Of a DNA stretch of 64,000 bases, positions 56,273-64,000 are shown in pieces. The translations under genes were made by a program, and so were the position numbers. Position 1 is the stretch's first letter; every line of letters starts with the position of its first letter. Below the pieces are notes generated by a model that was not told where the DNA came from, searched no databases, and worked only from the letters and a program-made list of their open reading frames with translations. Source of the stretch: the human T2T-CHM13v2.0 reference genome, Homo sapiens; the NCBI RefSeq assembly GCF_009914755.1, contig NC_060925.1; one strand, 5' to 3'.

Positions 56273-57175
56273 TAGCTCTCTGAGCTCTGGGCAGGGCCCA
56301 CACTGAATCCTGGGTTTCCAAACCGGGAGAATTATTCTGAGGCTAGACTATCTGATGTTTTTACAGTGCACTTAAAAAAAATTTTTTTTTAAAACAAAGA
56401 TATTTCTAAGTGTCTAAACTACACCCTTCTTTAAAAACCCAGAGTACCCTGTGTTGCAATAATTATTATAGTCAATATATCCGGTAACACAATACAAAAG
56501 CAAGCAGCTTAAAGGCTGAGATGAACTTGTCTGTTTACACTTTTGGGGTTCTATAAGGAATAACAAGTTTCTCCCCAAAAGGGAGTCTGGCAACTTCTCC
56601 GTTTTCTTAAAGGAACCCCAGGTGATTGTAAACTATTTTAGGTCCCTCATGCAGCAGAGGGTACAAGAGAAAGGAGAGACAGGAGAAGTGAATGAAGAAA
56701 ACAGAATTCAGTCAACTAAGAAGAAAAAACTTTTCCTCAAAAATAAAGGACAACGTCCTAGGACAGAAAAAATAAATGACGGCCTTTGAATACAAACACA
56801 CATATGCACACGTACACACACACATCTTGGATGTTAGCTTTTAATTAAGCTGACTTTAACCATTGAGCTCCTTTAAAAAAATGTTTTTAAATTTCATTAC
56901 CATTTTTGAGCTGGGACAAATTGCCGCTGTTTCAGAAGCACAGCCATTGCTCTTTCAGTTTCGCCTGACTAGCAAAAAGGTGGCCTCGTTATGTAAATAA
57001 AGCCCCTAAAGGGGCTAAAGTAGTCAAAATCCAAAATCTGTCCTCTTTTCTCCCTTTTGCTGGCTGTTTTTCTCCCTCACCACACCGCCTTTCTTTTTTT
57101 TTTTTAATTCAACCATTTGAGAGGCTTTGTTCCACAAAATTTGGAACTTTCCTTTGGATTTGATCAAGTCAGATC

Positions 57176-57840
57176 TTTCACGCGCGTATGTGTGAAGACA
57201 TCACCAAACAGGCTTTGTATAAGCAATAAAGCTTTTTAATCACCTGGGTGCAGGTGGGCTGAGCCTGAAAAGAGAGTCAGCGAAGAGAGATAGGGGTGGG
57301 GCCATTTTATAGGATTTGGGTTGGTAGTGGAAAATTACAGTCAAAGGGGGTTGTTCTCTGGCTGGCAGGGGTGGGGGTCACAAGGTGCTCAGTGGGGGAG
57401 CTTTTGAGCCGGGATGAGCCAGGAGAAGGAATTTCACAAGGTAATGTCATCAGTTAAGGCAGGAACCAGCCATTTTCACTTATTTTGTGATTCTTCAGTT
57501 ACTTCAGGCCATCTGGATGAATACGTGCAGGCTTGGGCTCAGAGGCCTGACATTCCTGTCTTCTTATAGTAATAAGAAAAATAAAACAAAATAGTGTTGA
57601 AGTGTTGGGGTGGTGAAAATTTTGGGAGGTGGTATGGAGAGATAATGGGCGATGTTTTTCAGGGCTGTTTCGAGCGGGATTGGGGTGGCATGGGAACCTA
57701 GAGTCGGAGAGATTAAGCTGAAGGAAGATTTTGTGGTAAGGGGTGATATTGTGGGGTTGTTAGAAGGAGCATTTGTCGTATAGAATGATTGGTGATGGCC
57801 TGGATACGGTTTGGATGAATTGAGAAACTAAGCAGAAGAT
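57176..57840 (-). mobile_element. Second HERV-H remnant: 3' LTR7 (57176-57552) plus PPT and env-tail sequence
   Basis: Minus strand reads ..aagaagacaggaa|tgtcaggcctctgagcccaagc..cgcgtgaaa. Confidence 0.9.
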
Positions 57841-57859
57841 CCTGCTACAGTTAACTACT

Positions 57860-58130
57860 ACAGTTAACCAGCCCAACCTATTCCTTTAATTCGGCCCATC
57901 CCTTCATTTCCCATAAGGGATACTTTTAGTTAATTTAGTATCTATAGAAACAATGCTAATGACTGGTTTGCTGTTAATAAATATGTGGGTAAATCTCTGT
58001 TCGGGGCTCTCAGCTCTGAAGACTGTGAGACCCCTGATTTCCCACTTCACACCTCTATATTTCTGTGTGTGTGTCTTTAATTCCTCTAGCGCCGCTGGGT
58101 TAGGGTCTCCCCGACCGAGCTGGTCTCGGC
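57860..58130 (+). mobile_element. LTR2-type (HERV-E/Harlequin) LTR, 3' part
   Basis: 'aataaatatgtgggtaaatctctgttcggggctctcagc..ccgaccgagctggtctcggca'. Confidence 0.75.
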
Positions 58131-60111
<1,981 letters not shown>

Positions 60112-60218
60112 TGTGACTTTGAACGGAATGGGAGGCAGATTGGCCCTAAGCAGTTCCCAGCTTGACTTTTCCTTTTAGCTTAGTGATTTGGGGCCCCCAA
60201 GATTTACTTTCCTTTCTT
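60112..60218 (-). mobile_element. MER4A-type LTR 5' end (likely 5' LTR remnant of the minus-strand MER4 provirus)
   Basis: Reverse complement reads aaggaaagtaaatcttgggggccccaaatcactaagctaaaaggaaaagtcaagctgggaactgc. Confidence 0.75.
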
Positions 60219-60568
60219 ACTACCCAGGATTCCTTGGGGTGAGCTGCTCATTGAGTAGGCTGCCTAGCCTTTGGCCCATGCCAGTGAAGCCCCTGTCCCC
60301 ATCTCTCTAGTAGGCCACACAACACCTTCTGGGAGGTACCACTGGCATTGTATCATGAGATAAAATAAAACAATAACTAAATAGCCAGGCATGGTGGTGT
60401 GCACCTGTAGTCCCAAGCTACTTGGGAGACTGAGGTGGAAGGATTGCTTAAGCCCAGGAGTTGGAGCCTGCAGTGAGCTGTGATCATGCCACTACACTCC
60501 AGCCTAGGTGACAGAGTAAGACCTCATCTCTAAAAAAACTTTTTTCTTTTCTTTTTTTTTTTTTTTGA

Positions 60569-60709
<141 letters not shown>

Positions 60710-62007
60710 TAGTAGAGATGGGGTTTCACCATGTTGGCCAGGGTGGTCTTGAACTCCTGACCTCAGGTGATCCGCCTGCCTCAGCCTCCCAAAGTGCTGA
60801 GATTACAGGTGTGAGCCACTGTGCCCAGCTCTGAAAAACTTTTTAAAATAAATAATATTAGAATATGTGGGAAAATAAAATTAATTAAAAAAAAAAACAG
60901 TAACTACAATAGCAACAGCTACTATTTACTGAACACTTACTCCACCTCACTTAATCACAACTCTTTGAAGTAGGTACTATTATTTCCATTTTTACAGATG
61001 GGCAAATTAAGGCTCAGAGGCGTTAAGCAACTTGCCCATACAGACAGTAAGTGTTGCTGGTGATTCAAACCCAGGTCCGTCTGGCTTTTGGAACTCATGT
61101 CCTCACATTCACTGGTCTGCAGAGTAGCACCAAGTACCTTTTACCACCCTGACCAGCTCCTGGGTACTGCCCTCCTGCCTGCAGGCCTGAACACCATGAC
61201 ATCCAGCTAGCCCCTGTCCCCTATGACATCCTTCTCCCTCTTGCCAATGAAACCCAGTAGATCAGGCTGCCTGACAAAAAAATTTCTTGTGATGCCTTGG
61301 ACTGTGGCATTCATCCTAAATGCCTCCCTAACAGCATGGCCCATTGCTCCTCTAAGAGTCTGGCTCACACTCTTACTGAGTTTTTGCTTATGCCCTTTGC
61401 CCTTCTTGGATGCCCTTCCCTAACCCTTCAAGGGCCACTCAGTTGAAGTTCCAGAAGACTACAAATTCCTCAATCCAGTCATCTCACACAATTCTGGGTT
61501 TCAGAGCCAGAAGTGCCCCCACCACAGAAATCTCTGGCTCAATGCCAAGTCAGGAAGCTGCAAAGAGCAAGGAGGGCCTGTGTTCCAGTCCTCAAAGGAT
61601 GGGGAAGGGGAATGACAGCCAGGCAGCTGTTCCTTTCAGATCCCGAACCGTCAGATTTTTCCTCCAAATCTTGCTTGGGACAAGGGGTTAAATGATGTTG
61701 ACAGAAGGGTGATTGAAGAAAGAGACAGGACTGGTTGAGAGATTGCCCAACACTTTGGGAGGCTGAGGTGGAAAGATGGCTTGAGCCCAGGGGTTTAAAA
61801 CCAGCTTGGGCAATATAGCAAGACCCCATTTCTAAAAAAAAAAATTATTTTTAATTAGCTGGGTGTGGTGGCGTCCGCCTGTGGTCCCAGCTATTTGTGC
61901 ACTGAGGCAAGGAAAATCGCCTGAACCCAGGAGGTGGAGGCTGCAGTGAGCTGTGATTGTGCCACTCCAGCCTGGGTGACAGAGTGAGACCCTGTCTCAA
62001 AACATAT

Positions 62008-62011
<4 letters not shown>

Positions 62012-62060
<49 letters not shown>
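62012..62060. repeat. (TG)n microsatellite next to an Alu tail upstream of HPDL
   Basis: About 24 uninterrupted GT units. Confidence 0.97.
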
Positions 62061-62063
<3 letters not shown>

Positions 62064-62229
62064 TCCAGGGAACATTAAGACTTAGAGGCAAACTCCAGAA
62101 CTTAAAGAAAAAACATGAAAGTGCTAAAAAATTCCGTGCTTGTGGAGAGAGAATTCCAACTCTTTCCCTGAACCCGGGCTGAGTCCCTTCGCTGTGAGGT
62201 TGGGGGGATGAGTGGGAGCCCAGTGCCTG

Positions 62230-63820
<1,591 letters not shown>

Positions 63821-64000
63821 GGATGCCCAGGGCTGGGTGCAGCCAGCTGTCCTGCAGCTCTGGGGAGACCAGCACAGAACTGAGGAACATCTGCAGGAGG
63901 CCCAACTAGTGAAAGGCTTTGCCTCCGGGGGGCAGGTGTGACTTCCATTTCATCAGTGCCTGCCAGAAGCTGTGTCTCTCATTGGGCTCCAAAGAGGTGG

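Overview
This is repeat-dense primate, almost certainly human, genomic DNA. The only intact protein-coding gene is the single-exon HPDL ORF at the right end (62705-63820, +), which places the window at the ZSWIM5-LINC01144-HPDL-MUTYH locus on 1p34 (recalled, not verified). There is a second CpG-island promoter at about 39 kb, probably LINC01144, whose transcript would end in a MER4A-type LTR. The rest is mobile-element DNA: a full-length THE1A MaLR, an old fragmented L1M, a full-length but dead L1PA3/4-age LINE-1 that keeps its ZNF93 segment and an open antisense ORF0, dozens of Alus, MLT/MST/MIR/L2/CR1 relics, and about 20 kb of nested ERV1 sequence (two MER4-group proviruses, two truncated convergent HERV-H copies, LTR2, LTR8). 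Two things stand out. First, there is a recurring set of inverted templated insertions and fold-back scars (0.8/3.3, 8.0-8.7, 9.3, 14.4/16.0, 21.45, 40.7 and 44.07 kb), two of which share the same order: hairpin, then an upstream inverted copy, then resumption of the host repeat. Second, a 5'-only, poly(A)-less RPF2 mRNA fragment sits inside ERV sequence at 50.4 kb. I found no evidence for a new coding system. Repeat subfamily names come from recalled consensus sequences, and most repeat boundaries are approximate.
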